From assembly GCA_902797885.1 (NCBI GenBank), contig CADBUP010000171.1, positions 17,687 through 81,686 of the forward strand: DNA of 64,000 nt, given 5' to 3'. The translations under genes and the position numbers were made by a program. The notes under the pieces were generated by a model. It worked only from the letters and a program-made list of their open reading frames with translations, did no database searches and was not told the origin of the DNA. Of this stretch, positions 7,371 through 16,603 are shown one piece after another. The first letter of the stretch is position 1. Every line of letters starts with the position of its first letter. Source of the stretch: an uncultured Ruminococcus sp. (GTDB lineage Bacteria; Bacillota; Clostridia; Monoglobales; Monoglobaceae).

Positions 7371-7763
7371 ATGAAAGAGTTTCTCTTGTTAATTACAATT
7401 ATTTTCTTTCATATTCTGGACGATTTTCATCTGCAGGGAATCTTAGCCTCCATGAAGCAAAAGAATTGGTGGGCAGAGCATTATCCTGATAAACTGTACA
7501 AGCATGATTATATTATCGCGCTGATTACACACTCTTTTTCCTGGTCGTTCATGGTTCATTTGCCGGCGTTCGTCTATCTGTATATCACAGGTAAACAAAT
7601 GCCATTGTTTTTCTTAATCATTTCTTTCGTGGCGCATATATGTTGTCACGCCTGTGTTGATAACGATAAGGCGAACAGACATATTATTTCGTTAGTTGAA
7701 GATCAATGTATTCATCTTATTCAGCTAATAGGAATCTGGATGATGTTCGTGCTATATCGTTAA
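7371..7763 (+). CDS. integral membrane protein (DUF3307-like, HILDDFHLQG motif)
   Basis: AAGGAG RBS. Several hydrophobic segments. Confidence 0.6.
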   Translation: MKEFLLLITIIFFHILDDFHLQGILASMKQKNWWAEHYPDKLYKHDYIIALITHSFSWSFMVHLPAFVYLYITGKQMPLFFLIISFVAHICCHACVDNDKANRHIISLVEDQCIHLIQLIGIWMMFVLYR

Positions 7764-7776
7764 GGAGAAGATAAAA

Positions 7777-8100
7777 ATGGAAATAAAAACTGAGTTAGTC
7801 CCAAGATATAAAGTTGGAGATCGAGTCAAAATCCGGTCAGTTCCAACGATACGACATCTATGTGCGACAACAGGTTTACTTGCTGGCTGGGGCTCACCAA
7901 TGGAGGAATTTTGCGGTAAAAGTTATGTTATTTCATCCATTGAACTATCCAATAGAAAAAATTTCTTTAAATATAAATTTCTTAAAATGCCAGAATCTAT
8001 GCAAATGTGGACGTGGTCAGAAGATATGTTCGATTTGGACGTTTCTCAGGAAGAGATAGAAAAACAGGAAAACGAGTTTCTGGAATTGATCGGTTTCTGA
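7777..8100 (+). CDS. hypothetical protein
   Basis: AAGGAG RBS. 107-aa ORF. Confidence 0.6.
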   Translation: MEIKTELVPRYKVGDRVKIRSVPTIRHLCATTGLLAGWGSPMEEFCGKSYVISSIELSNRKNFFKYKFLKMPESMQMWTWSEDMFDLDVSQEEIEKQENEFLELIGF

Positions 8101-8127
8101 TTATTATTTTCAGAAATGGTCGTTTTC

Positions 8128-8159
8128 GCGTCATCATTCGAGAATTGACGTAATGGAGA
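8128..8159 (+). repeat. conserved 26-nt element GCGTCATCATTCGAGAATTGACGTAA (copy 1), possible promoter/operator
   Basis: Identical 26-mer at 34197-34222. Contains TTGACG and the inverted pentamers CGTCA/TGACG. Confidence 0.6.
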
Positions 8160-8216
8160 GAAAGCCGCTCATTCAAAAAGCGTCTCGCTCTATTACTAAA
8201 TCAGAAGGGGGTCAGT

Positions 8217-8450
8217 ATGAGACAAATTATTTTCAAAGACCTTGAGGAAGGAACAATACAGGCTGGATTTTTGATGGATGACGGAACTGTTGTATGCGGA
8301 TGCTGCGGCGAAGAATACAATGAAAGTGAAAAAGGAATCAGATATGAGATCCTGAAAACTTCTGATGATTGGGCGGATATCCAGGTTGCAATTCTTGTTG
8401 AGAATCAAGAGTTGTATAACTACGTTGAGACAATAAATAAAGGAGAATGA
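8217..8450 (+). CDS. hypothetical small protein (CGCCG motif)
   Basis: GGGGG RBS. ATGA overlap with the next ORF. Confidence 0.55.
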   Translation: MRQIIFKDLEEGTIQAGFLMDDGTVVCGCCGEEYNESEKGIRYEILKTSDDWADIQVAILVENQELYNYVETINKGE

Positions 8451-9526
8451 TTATTATGGGTTCACTGATTGTAGCTGTTGTTTTGATTTTTGGTGCATTC
8501 GTGATTGACCGTGTTGTAGGAAAGGATCCTGAGCTTAATGAAAAAATCAAAAAGTATCAGGCTTTTGTGTCTGATCCGAACGCAGACCGATACGATAAGC
8601 GAGAGAGACAGGAAAAACTGGAAAAACTGGAAGCAAAACAGAAGAGGCAGAAAACTACGGCAAAGCTTGCCAGCATCGCCTGCGTCGTTCTTGCCGCCGT
8701 GTTTATTATTTCTTCAACCGTAGCAGTAGTCCCCACAGGATACACAGGAATCAAAACTACGTTCGGCAAAGTGGAAGATGATACAATTTCCTCTGGCGTA
8801 AACTTCATCTTACCTTGGCAATCCATTGTCAACATGGACAACCGCACACAGAAGGTGCAAATCGATACGCAGGCCTTTTCCAGCGACATTCAGCAGGTTG
8901 ATATTAAACTGAGTGTAAACTACAATATCGATCAGGAAACGGCCCAGCTGCTGTATAAAACCGTAGGCACAAATTACTATGAAAACGTTATGTTCCCGCG
9001 CATTCAGGAGAATACGAAGGCTGTGTTTTCTCAGTATTCAGCGGAAAGCCTGGTTGAAAAGCGCAACGCCCTGTCTGCTGAAGTGGCAAATGCTACCGCA
9101 TCCGATATGAGACAGTACGGTATTACTATTGTTTCCATCTCTATTGAGAATATCGATTTTACTGACGCGTTTACCGACGCTGTAGAAGCTAAGCAGGTCG
9201 CTGCGCAAAAGAAATTGACAGCGGAAACAGAGCAGGCGCAAAAGACAATGGAAGAAAAAGCTGCCGCTAAGCGAGCTATCATAGCGGAGAACGCGAAGGC
9301 TGAGCAGGCCATTATTGCCGCTAAAGCCGATCTTGAAGTAGTTCAAATTCAGGCTGAAGCCAGTTTGTACGCCGGTCAGCGCGAAGCTGAAATGAATATG
9401 CGCATCGCTGAGTCTCTCACTCCTGAATTGATTCGGTATAAGTGGATTAACCAGTGGAACGGTCATCTTCCTTCTACTGTATTAAGCGATACCGTAGATG
9501 TTATGATGATGATGGATAAGGAATGA
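8447..9526 (+). CDS. SPFH/prohibitin (band 7) domain membrane protein
   Basis: N-terminal TM segments, then TGYTGIKTTFGKV...INFILPW...VDIKLSVNY...ITIVSISIENIDF...AVEAKQVAAQ, typical of the SPFH fold with a coiled-coil tail. Confidence 0.7.
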   Translation: MIIMGSLIVAVVLIFGAFVIDRVVGKDPELNEKIKKYQAFVSDPNADRYDKRERQEKLEKLEAKQKRQKTTAKLASIACVVLAAVFIISSTVAVVPTGYTGIKTTFGKVEDDTISSGVNFILPWQSIVNMDNRTQKVQIDTQAFSSDIQQVDIKLSVNYNIDQETAQLLYKTVGTNYYENVMFPRIQENTKAVFSQYSAESLVEKRNALSAEVANATASDMRQYGITIVSISIENIDFTDAFTDAVEAKQVAAQKKLTAETEQAQKTMEEKAAAKRAIIAENAKAEQAIIAAKADLEVVQIQAEASLYAGQREAEMNMRIAESLTPELIRYKWINQWNGHLPSTVLSDTVDVMMMMDKE

Positions 9527-9539
9527 GCGGTATAAGAGT

Positions 9540-10034
9540 ATGAGCCAGATGAAGGTAAACTTTGTAGCTTCATGGCGTCCAGACGCTGATAAGTTTTACA
9601 ACGCTGACGCCCAAAAGGTAGCGGAAGAGATATATTCCATAGGTGAAAATCCACAGGCTTCAGACATTCTGAATATGGCCAGAAACAGCGAGACTGAAAC
9701 TCATAAGCTCATCGAGTGGGATGACACTTTGGCGGCTGAGAAATATCGACTGAAGCAGGTTGCAAACATTCTTCACGATCTTCATATTGTAAAGATCGGG
9801 CTGAACGAAGAAAAGAAAGAAGAACGACTGAAGGTCCCCGTAAGGATGTTCTATCACTTAAACGGCGAATCGGGTTATCGTTCTTCTCCAGCCATCTTTC
9901 AGGATGAATCACTGCATCATAAGCTGCTGATGACCGCTATGTCAGAACTGCATGCATTCAGTAAGAAGTACGCTACGCTTTCTGAATTAAAGCCAGTGTT
10001 TGAAGCTATTCAAAATTTAGATAAGACAGCTTAA
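9540..10034 (+). CDS. hypothetical protein
   Basis: 164-aa ORF. No confident motif. Confidence 0.55.
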   Translation: MSQMKVNFVASWRPDADKFYNADAQKVAEEIYSIGENPQASDILNMARNSETETHKLIEWDDTLAAEKYRLKQVANILHDLHIVKIGLNEEKKEERLKVPVRMFYHLNGESGYRSSPAIFQDESLHHKLLMTAMSELHAFSKKYATLSELKPVFEAIQNLDKTA

Positions 10035-10039
10035 TCGCT

Positions 10040-10300
10040 GTTTTATTCATAGAATATAGAATATTACAACATAACGTATCGAAGTATAGAATATTATAAG
10101 ATATTATATCATATCATAGCCAGTTCACCTGAGAGCATAAGATCTCTCAAGAATAGTATTCAACAATTAAGCGAATAACAGCTTAATATAGGAAAGCCTA
10201 CTATAGAATAATATAGGATACTACACCATAAAACAGATCCTTTATGCTTTCAGGTGAGCTGGCTATTGCCAGCAATACAAAACAGGATAAATTAGGTTAG
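10040..10300. repeat. AT-rich iteron-like repeats plus long imperfect inverted repeat (candidate origin or regulatory locus)
   Basis: TAGAATA(T)TA at 10050, 10057, 10087 and 10203, with a variant at 10212. Inverted arms 10116-10144 and 10236-10266 (ATAGCCAGTTCACCTGAGAGCATAAGATC versus GATCCTTTATGCTTTCAGGTGAGCTGGCTAT). Confidence 0.5.
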
Positions 10301-10366
10301 GACAGATCAGGCAAAAACAGCATAAAATAAAACATTAAAATTAATTTGATTATAGGAGCGATGATT

Positions 10367-11032
10367 ATGGCTGAAAAGAAAGTTAAAATACAAAAAGAAG
10401 AAACTGCAAATCTGATCGATATCGAAGCGCATGTAAAACATATGCTGGTCACAGTAGAAGGCGATGGAGATCTTGTACTGAACAAGATGAACGCTCGAAA
10501 TGAACGTATGCTTATGGCAGACGATCGAAAATCAATTAAGCAGGTGCCCAACTTATGGGAAGATATTATCACATCTATCCATTGGCGGGATGATCTTGGG
10601 ATGGACGACACGTACGTTGAAAGTACGGAAGACATCCTTCACAACCTGCTAAAGACAAATGCTCCATGCATTACAGCTTTTGGACTGAAGAAAAGCTTTG
10701 GCGATGCCGTCGTTCGTAATGGCATCGATAAATATAAAACGAAAATTGATAACGCGATTAATGTAATTGCTGAAAATGGTCTAATTCCTGTATCGTTTTC
10801 TGGATGGGACGTTGAAAAGCGGCTGATGAGCCCGAAGAAGGGTAGTCCGCTGACTGTATATCTGAACCACTTTCATAACTGGAATGCGCGGTTTCAGGTC
10901 GATTATCTGGATCACGTCTACAGCCGGGATCAGATTTTGAATTTTATTAATCTGGCAGGATTTGGCGGCGGAATCGGCAGCGGCAGGAGTAGTGGTTACG
11001 GCCGCTATCATATCGTAAAAGTTGAAGAATAA
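10367..11032 (+). CDS. hypothetical protein with C-terminal glycine-rich loop reminiscent of RAMP/Cas6-type proteins
   Basis: AGGAG RBS 8 nt upstream of ATG 10367. The C-terminus LAGFGGGIGSGRSSGYGRYHIV resembles the G-rich loop (GxGxxxxxGxG + hydrophobic) of RAMPs. The assignment is speculative. Confidence 0.6.
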   Translation: MAEKKVKIQKEETANLIDIEAHVKHMLVTVEGDGDLVLNKMNARNERMLMADDRKSIKQVPNLWEDIITSIHWRDDLGMDDTYVESTEDILHNLLKTNAPCITAFGLKKSFGDAVVRNGIDKYKTKIDNAINVIAENGLIPVSFSGWDVEKRLMSPKKGSPLTVYLNHFHNWNARFQVDYLDHVYSRDQILNFINLAGFGGGIGSGRSSGYGRYHIVKVEE

Positions 11033-11043
11033 ATCAAATAATT

Positions 11044-11090
11044 AAGTAAAGCGTCTGTATCGCCTCAGATACGGACGCTTACTTTTTTAT
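11044..11090 (+). terminator. rho-independent terminator
   Basis: Stem AAGTAAAGCGTCTGTATC / GATACGGACGCTTACTT followed by TTTTTAT. Confidence 0.7.
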
Positions 11091-11213
11091 ACAAACATTT
11101 TGTTCATACGTAGAAAAAGGGGGGGGCTCTTAATCTTGCGACCGATAGGTTATGCTTGTTAACGACCGGTCTAAGTAACTGCACAAGCTGTAGAATCTGA
11201 AAAGGAGATAGGA

Positions 11214-11752
11214 ATGAGCGACAAATCATATCTTAAGAATCAAATCAGATTGGTATCCCTGAACGCGAACGATCTGTTTACAGATCAGGAACACGAAGTC
11301 TTCATGGATGTATGTGATCTTGTCCATGAACTGGAGAAAATGGACGCGGATGAAAACGCAGATCAGCTCCTGAAGAAAGAGTTAATAGCAAAGAGAAAAG
11401 AAAAATCTGCGCTGTTAACCGCCCTAATTAAGCAACATGCTGGCATTCCAAGAAAAGTAAGACTAAAGTCAGTCCTCATCCAGAATAAGGATCAGCCGCT
11501 CCCGACTGCAGCCACATGGAAGAATCTCAAATTCTCAAAGAAGATTTGTGAATTTGAGTCTGAAATGAGCCGTGCTATGGGGCTGCACCATCTAGACTAT
11601 ACGTTTGATAAAATTATCATTAAGTGGAAAAATATTGATCTCATGGAACAAATTGTTAAGGACGGATTCACTTTTGATATTTTAAAAGACGACGGCACTG
11701 TTGAAACGAAGAAGTTTCAGTACCTTACAAGTTCAGCTGGTCAAATTGGCCT
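11214..11752 (+). CDS. YonO-like single-subunit (two-barrel) RNA polymerase, exon 1
   Basis: AAGGAG RBS. The ORF ends inside intron landmarks. Part of a four-exon gene whose exons sum in frame to 959 aa. Confidence 0.6.
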
Positions 11753-12065
11753 GTAAGTCCCTTTCTGCCTCATCAGCAGGGTCACATACTTGTGGCTAAC
11801 GGAGAAAGCTAAACACATTCAATATCTAAATTACAACATTCTGTTATATGAAATCAGATATGACGAGAACGCGATTCGACGTCTTGATGAAATATTGAAT
11901 GTGCACGCTAATTCCGTGGGAACGGCTTCGGCTGAGCCTGTATCGACTATCTCCGCATCGGGAGAGTAAGGCTGTTATTGATACACAGTCTGAAATGGGC
12001 TTCTGCAAAATTTGCAGTAAGATATAGTCAGAGCCATATGAAAATATGGATAACTCGCAATTAAG
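11753..12065 (+). mobile_element. group I intron (family 1), endonuclease-less, with decayed HE remnant
   Basis: GCTAACGGAGAAAGCTAAAC, CGACTATCTCC, GATATAGTCA and GAAA-tetraloop hairpin CCATATGAAAATATGG. 11841-11918 translates LLYEIRYDENAIRRLDEILNVHANSV, the C-terminal tail of the family-1 endonuclease. Boundaries are approximate. Confidence 0.65.
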
Positions 12066-12171
12066 AACTTCTAAAATTTCATGTATATCAGAAGAAATGT
12101 GGCAGAAAATCCATGATCGTATCATGTGCGGTCTAACGTTTGAAAAGATCAACGCAAAAGGCGGGTGCAAT
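12066..12171 (+). CDS. YonO-like RNA polymerase, exon 2 (106-nt micro-exon, inferred)
   Basis: Open frame TSKISCISEEMWQKIHDRIMCGLTFEKINAKGGCN between two introns. The 3' end could instead be 12177. Confidence 0.45.
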
Positions 12172-12472
12172 GTGAATTGATTTTAGTTCCTTTGCGCAGT
12201 AATGTGCATAGCAAATGTGGTGAACCTACACATGTAGGGTGTCCAGACTGATGGGCTAACGGTAAAAATCTAAAACAAAAGCCCGTCGGTCTGGGCGCTT
12301 GTCATGACAATACCGTGCCAAGTCCAACCATGTCGGTTGGGAAGGTGTAGAGACTATTCCGTAAGGAAGTACACAGCCGGTGAAAATCCAGCGTGGAAGC
12401 GCCACACGACCTGTAAAGGCCGATGAGATAGTCCACTCCCTGTGAAATACTGCGAAAGCAGGGGTATAAAGG
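12172..12472 (+). mobile_element. group I intron (family 1), ORF-less
   Basis: GGTGAACCTACACATGTAGGGTGTCC, GCTAACGGTAAAAATCTAAAAC, CCGTGCCAAG, GAAGGTGTAGAGACTATTCC, GAGATAGTCC and CTGCGAAAGCAG tetraloop hairpin. About 300 nt. Confidence 0.7.
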
Positions 12473-13882
12473 AAACTGCTTGCCTATATTGCGTTGTCAA
12501 ATTCTGCCACTGATCCTTGGGACGACTTTGATATTGACCGTGTCATTGTTGTTCCAGACTGGGAAGCACCAGTAACTGGTGATATGCTGTACATAAAGCC
12601 AGATTACACAACAGAACGCGGTATCCGCACCGTTATGATCAAGCATACAGACGGTTGCGGAATGATGCTTCCTTCTGTATCTGACAAGAATTTTATGATT
12701 CGTGGACCGTTTGTTAAAGGATTACTCTCAGTGTTCGATTACATAAAATTTTGTAAAGAACATGGGGTTAAGCCAGAAATTGAAGATATTTACGGTGTTG
12801 TTCACGACTTGGAAAAAGAAAGAATTAATATCATTCTTTTTAAATCCATGTTTAAAATGAGCCACTACTTTGATTCCTGGAACTCGTACAAAGAATCCTT
12901 TAAGAAATACGGCTGCCACTTTGGGAAAACGAATTACGAAGAAGACTATTTGCCGGACAAGCAAATGAATTACCAGTTCACGCAAGCGGTGAATATGACT
13001 GATGAAGAAATCAGTAAATACACCGAGAAAGCACACAAGCGGCTGGAGAACCTCGCGAAGAATAAAACCTCCATGCTGCAAATGCTGAAAGCTTCTTCTA
13101 CTTCTCCTAATCCCTATTGTCGCGCTCTAATGATATATCCTGAATTGCTTAGAGATTACTACTCTCGTCAGCAATTGAAGGATATAAAGAAGAAAATGCT
13201 GTACGACGCAAAGTCCGGCGCAATCAAGTGCGAAAATAAGCGGTTGTTTGTCATCCCGGATTTATATGCTGCGTCAGAATACTATTTTCTTCATAAAGAG
13301 CGGCCTGACGGCCTTCTGAAAAATGGCGAAATCGCCTGCCGGCCGTACCGCACTCGCGGCAAAGCGGACGTCCTTCGCTCACCGTCGCTTTATATGGAAC
13401 ATAGTATAAATACTATTGTTGCTGATCCTAAAGTGTACGAATGGTTTACAACCGACGCAGTTGTGACCAGCTGCCATTCAATGATAAGTCGTATTCTGCA
13501 ATTCGATGTCGATGGAGATCAACTTAATGTGGTGGTTGATCCAGTAATTGTAAACGCAGCCGAAAGAAATCTGAAAGAACACGACATTGTCCCTTTGTTC
13601 TATGACGCGGCGAAAGCTAAAGATGAAATTGTCAATAAGGATTCAATATTCAACGGCCTGAAAAGAGCGCATGAATATTCAAATATTGGCGAGATCAGCA
13701 ATATGCTTACGTGTCTGTGGAATAGAAACAAGCCGGATATTGAAGCAGCTGCATTGCTTACTGCTCTCAATAATTGGCGCATAGATGGAGCAAAGACCGG
13801 ACTTGTTTATGAATACGCAAGTTATCCTCAAGTAACTAAACGTATAAATAAAGCTACAGGGGGATCTCACGCAAAGATGCCT
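12473..13882 (+). CDS. YonO-like RNA polymerase, exon 3 (catalytic DxDGD)
   Basis: ILQFDVDGDQLNVVVDP matches the Mg-binding NADFDGDQ motif of the multisubunit RNAP beta-prime barrel and of YonO/QDE-1-type enzymes. Confidence 0.7.
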
Positions 13883-15338
13883 TAACGAATAGGGCCGCAT
13901 ATTGGTAACAGTATGTGATAACGTGGTGAACCTGCAAACGCAGGGTGTCGCAGAAATGCGGCTAACGGGGAAAACTAAACGCAATTATTTTACTTAACTT
14001 TATACAGAAAGGTGGTGATAATATGAGCCATGCAAAATATTATAACGGAAAAACCATTAAAGAATGGTCTGCTGTTTGTGGGATCGAAGCAAAAACAATC
14101 AAAAACCGACTTAAAGAAGGTTGGTCTATTGACCATGCGATTTCTGTTCCGCTCGGTGAAAAGCGCGTTGCGACAATATCTCTATCAAAAATAGCTGCAG
14201 AAAATAAAATGTCGTTTAGTACATTGAAAAACAGGATCAACAAAGGAATGACAATTGAAGAAGCGATTAAATACGATCCGCGAAAAGATATGATAGGATA
14301 TAGATCAGGACGGCTTGTCGTAGAAAAAGAAATTGAACCAAAACGTGATCCATCTGGGAGACCAAGAAGACAGTTTTTATGTTTGTGCGATTGCGGAAAT
14401 GAAACAACAGCTCTTGCCGAAGTACTTATTTCTGGGAACAAGCGATCTTGCGGTTGTCTCGGAAAAGAAATAACATCTAAAAGACAAGAGAAAAATCTAA
14501 TTGGACAAACATTTGGAAGATGGTATATAGAAAGCGAAGCTTTTCGCGACAATCAAGGTATTCATTGGAACGCAGTGTGTTCTTGCGGAAATAAAGGCAC
14601 TCCAACAACAAGCAACTTATTAAAGGGAGTGAGCACGTCTTGTGGGTGTTACAATAAAGAACAAACCTCATTGCGTGAAAGAAAAGATTTAACAAATCAA
14701 AAGTTCTTTATGCTGACAGCGATTGAATACATTGGAATCGATGAATACAATAATTGTCTTTGGCGATGCAAATGCGATTGCGGAAATGAAATTGTGACGA
14801 CAGCCGGAAGATTGCTTGGAGGACAAATCATTTCATGTGGATGCCTTAGATCAAAATATGAACGTATGATTGAAGATGTTCTTATCTCGAAAAATATTTT
14901 CTTTAAAAAAGAAAAATATTTCAAAGATTTAAAACATATCAATTATTTGTTTTTTGATTTTTGCATCATAGATCATGATAACAACATTCATTTGATAGAA
15001 TATCAGGGCAAGCAGCACTATGTTGACTGTGGGGAATTTGGTAGATTGCAACGAGAGATAACAGATCAAATGAAAAAAGATTATTGTTCGAAAAACAATA
15101 TTCCATTATATGAAATTCGCTACGATAGCAATGTCGAAGATGAATTAAATAAGATAATTGCGCATGTCAATCCCGTGCTAAACTCTGAATTATCAGAGGA
15201 AGTGTAACGACTATCCCGTAAGGGAGTAACTACTACGTGAAATTCGTAGTTGTGAAGTGCCACGCAGACAAAGGATAGCTTTGCCTGAAGATATAGTCTA
15301 TTCCCCTAATAAATATCGGGAAACCGAGGGTACTATAG
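13883..15338 (+). mobile_element. group I intron (family 1) with homing-endonuclease ORF
   Basis: GGTGAACCTGCAAACGCAGGGTGTC, GCTAACGGGGAAAACTAAAC, GTGTAACGACTATCCC, GATATAGTCTA and TCGGGAAACCGA hairpin. Joining 13882|15339 is in phase 0. Confidence 0.75.
14023..15207 (+). CDS. intron-encoded homing endonuclease: 2 HTH-like repeats + 3 CxCxCG...SCGC modules + PD-(D/E)XK domain
   Basis: AAAGGTGGTG RBS. Contains LCLCDCGNE...SCGC, VCSCGNK...SCGC, WRCKCDCGNE...SCGC and FFDF...LIEYQGKQHY...IPLYEIRY. Confidence 0.75.
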   Translation: MSHAKYYNGKTIKEWSAVCGIEAKTIKNRLKEGWSIDHAISVPLGEKRVATISLSKIAAENKMSFSTLKNRINKGMTIEEAIKYDPRKDMIGYRSGRLVVEKEIEPKRDPSGRPRRQFLCLCDCGNETTALAEVLISGNKRSCGCLGKEITSKRQEKNLIGQTFGRWYIESEAFRDNQGIHWNAVCSCGNKGTPTTSNLLKGVSTSCGCYNKEQTSLRERKDLTNQKFFMLTAIEYIGIDEYNNCLWRCKCDCGNEIVTTAGRLLGGQIISCGCLRSKYERMIEDVLISKNIFFKKEKYFKDLKHINYLFFDFCIIDHDNNIHLIEYQGKQHYVDCGEFGRLQREITDQMKKDYCSKNNIPLYEIRYDSNVEDELNKIIAHVNPVLNSELSEEV

Positions 15339-16163
15339 TATTTCTTTCAATACAGTAAAAACGGCCGCTCATCAGGAAAGCCAAAGGAAAGCTACGCGAA
15401 GCCTACCAAATCAACCATGAACAGGATCTGTGCCGCATTCGATGATATCGGCAACATCAATCTGAATTTTGCAGGAGTGCCGCCGTTTAATTATCAGATG
15501 CTGCTTTCAGAGCCGTTCTATGACAAAAACACGGAACTAGTTCAAACATTCTGCGATTTAGACAGCATGTCTATCTCAACAGAAATAGCTCTGTCTGAAA
15601 TTCCGCCGCATGAAAGAAACTCTACTGGAATGTATGAAATTTTGGCAGACGTCATCAAAGAAACGCTAACGGAGCAATTTGGATCTATGGAATATTGTTA
15701 TCCAATACTCGTAAAAGCGCTTTTTGCTGGCGATAATTGGAAAAAAGCCTCGCATAAAAAGATGTTCTGGCGAATCTTTGGTGAAATTGCACTGCAAAAC
15801 ATAGAAAATAATCTTAAAGACCATACAGTGTGTCCTGATTGCGATGCAAAAATTCCCAAATGGGCCAAAGATCATACATGCCCAAAGAACACTTTAGGCT
15901 TCTACGTGTGCGAAGATTGCGGAAAGCAATGTGTCAGAATTAACTCAAGGCAGGTGCGATGTGAAGAATGCCAAAAAGCGCACAGGGAGGAATCCAACAA
16001 ACTTGCGCATACGAAAATGCGAGAACGTAAAAAGGTGTGTGAGAAACGGTGTATTTCTTTCTTGCGATCACGCTCGATGGCAACGTCAGAGACGGAACCT
16101 TCTGGCCAGCCTATGTTCTTTGTAAATCATGGACAACAAGCGAAAAGCGATCAGGATGGATAA
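15339..16163 (+). CDS. YonO-like RNA polymerase, exon 4 (C-terminal Zn-ribbon region)
   Basis: In-frame TAG at 15336-15338 marks the upstream limit of the open frame. CPDCDAK...CPKN...CEDCGKQC...CEECQ cysteine pairs. Confidence 0.6.
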   Translation, partial: YFFQYSKNGRSSGKPKESYAKPTKSTMNRICAAFDDIGNINLNFAGVPPFNYQMLLSEPFYDKNTELVQTFCDLDSMSISTEIALSEIPPHERNSTGMYEILADVIKETLTEQFGSMEYCYPILVKALFAGDNWKKASHKKMFWRIFGEIALQNIENNLKDHTVCPDCDAKIPKWAKDHTCPKNTLGFYVCEDCGKQCVRINSRQVRCEECQKAHREESNKLAHTKMRERKKVCEKRCISFLRSRSMATSETEPSGQPMFFVNHGQQAKSDQDG

Positions 16164-16240
16164 TCGTCCATTATCAAGACGGAATTCCTGTTCGAGCTCT
16201 ACCTAAAGTAATTGTAACAGAGATTATCGGTCACGAGGAA

Positions 16241-16603
16241 ATGATTCAATTTATGAGTTCGTATCAGAAAGTTGATTCTAAAACTCATAAACATTTTCAT
16301 CCCCATGGGGCGCTGTGCTGGTATGAGTGCAATCAGTACGGCGACCCCACGGGGGTCGTTTATTTCATTAAACGAGTGCCTGAATGGAGAATGATTTACA
16401 ATTTCTCAGAACGCGGCTGGCAGCAGTTAAAGAAAACATTAGCACGTAAGCCAGAATGGAACGAGCTGTTAAATTCAGACGTCCAGTTGGAACGGATGAA
16501 GTTTACAGATACAAAGATGCTGCTGCATCAAAATTCACACGAAAAAGATTTAAGAGAATTTAGGGGGTTAAGAGATGCCGGAAGAGAAGATGAACAGAAC
16601 TGA
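16241..16603 (+). CDS. hypothetical protein (start uncertain; frame open from 16049)
   Basis: The ORF overlaps the RNAP 3' end. First ATG after the RNAP stop is at 16241, with GAGGA immediately upstream. Confidence 0.4.
   Translation: MIQFMSSYQKVDSKTHKHFHPHGALCWYECNQYGDPTGVVYFIKRVPEWRMIYNFSERGWQQLKKTLARKPEWNELLNSDVQLERMKFTDTKMLLHQNSHEKDLREFRGLRDAGREDEQN

Noticed and set aside
11844-12170. 108-aa minus-strand ORF in the RNAP intron region
   Set aside because: It spans intron A, the micro-exon and ribozyme blocks on the opposite strand. No RBS. The plus strand here shows ribozyme landmarks and an endonuclease fossil.
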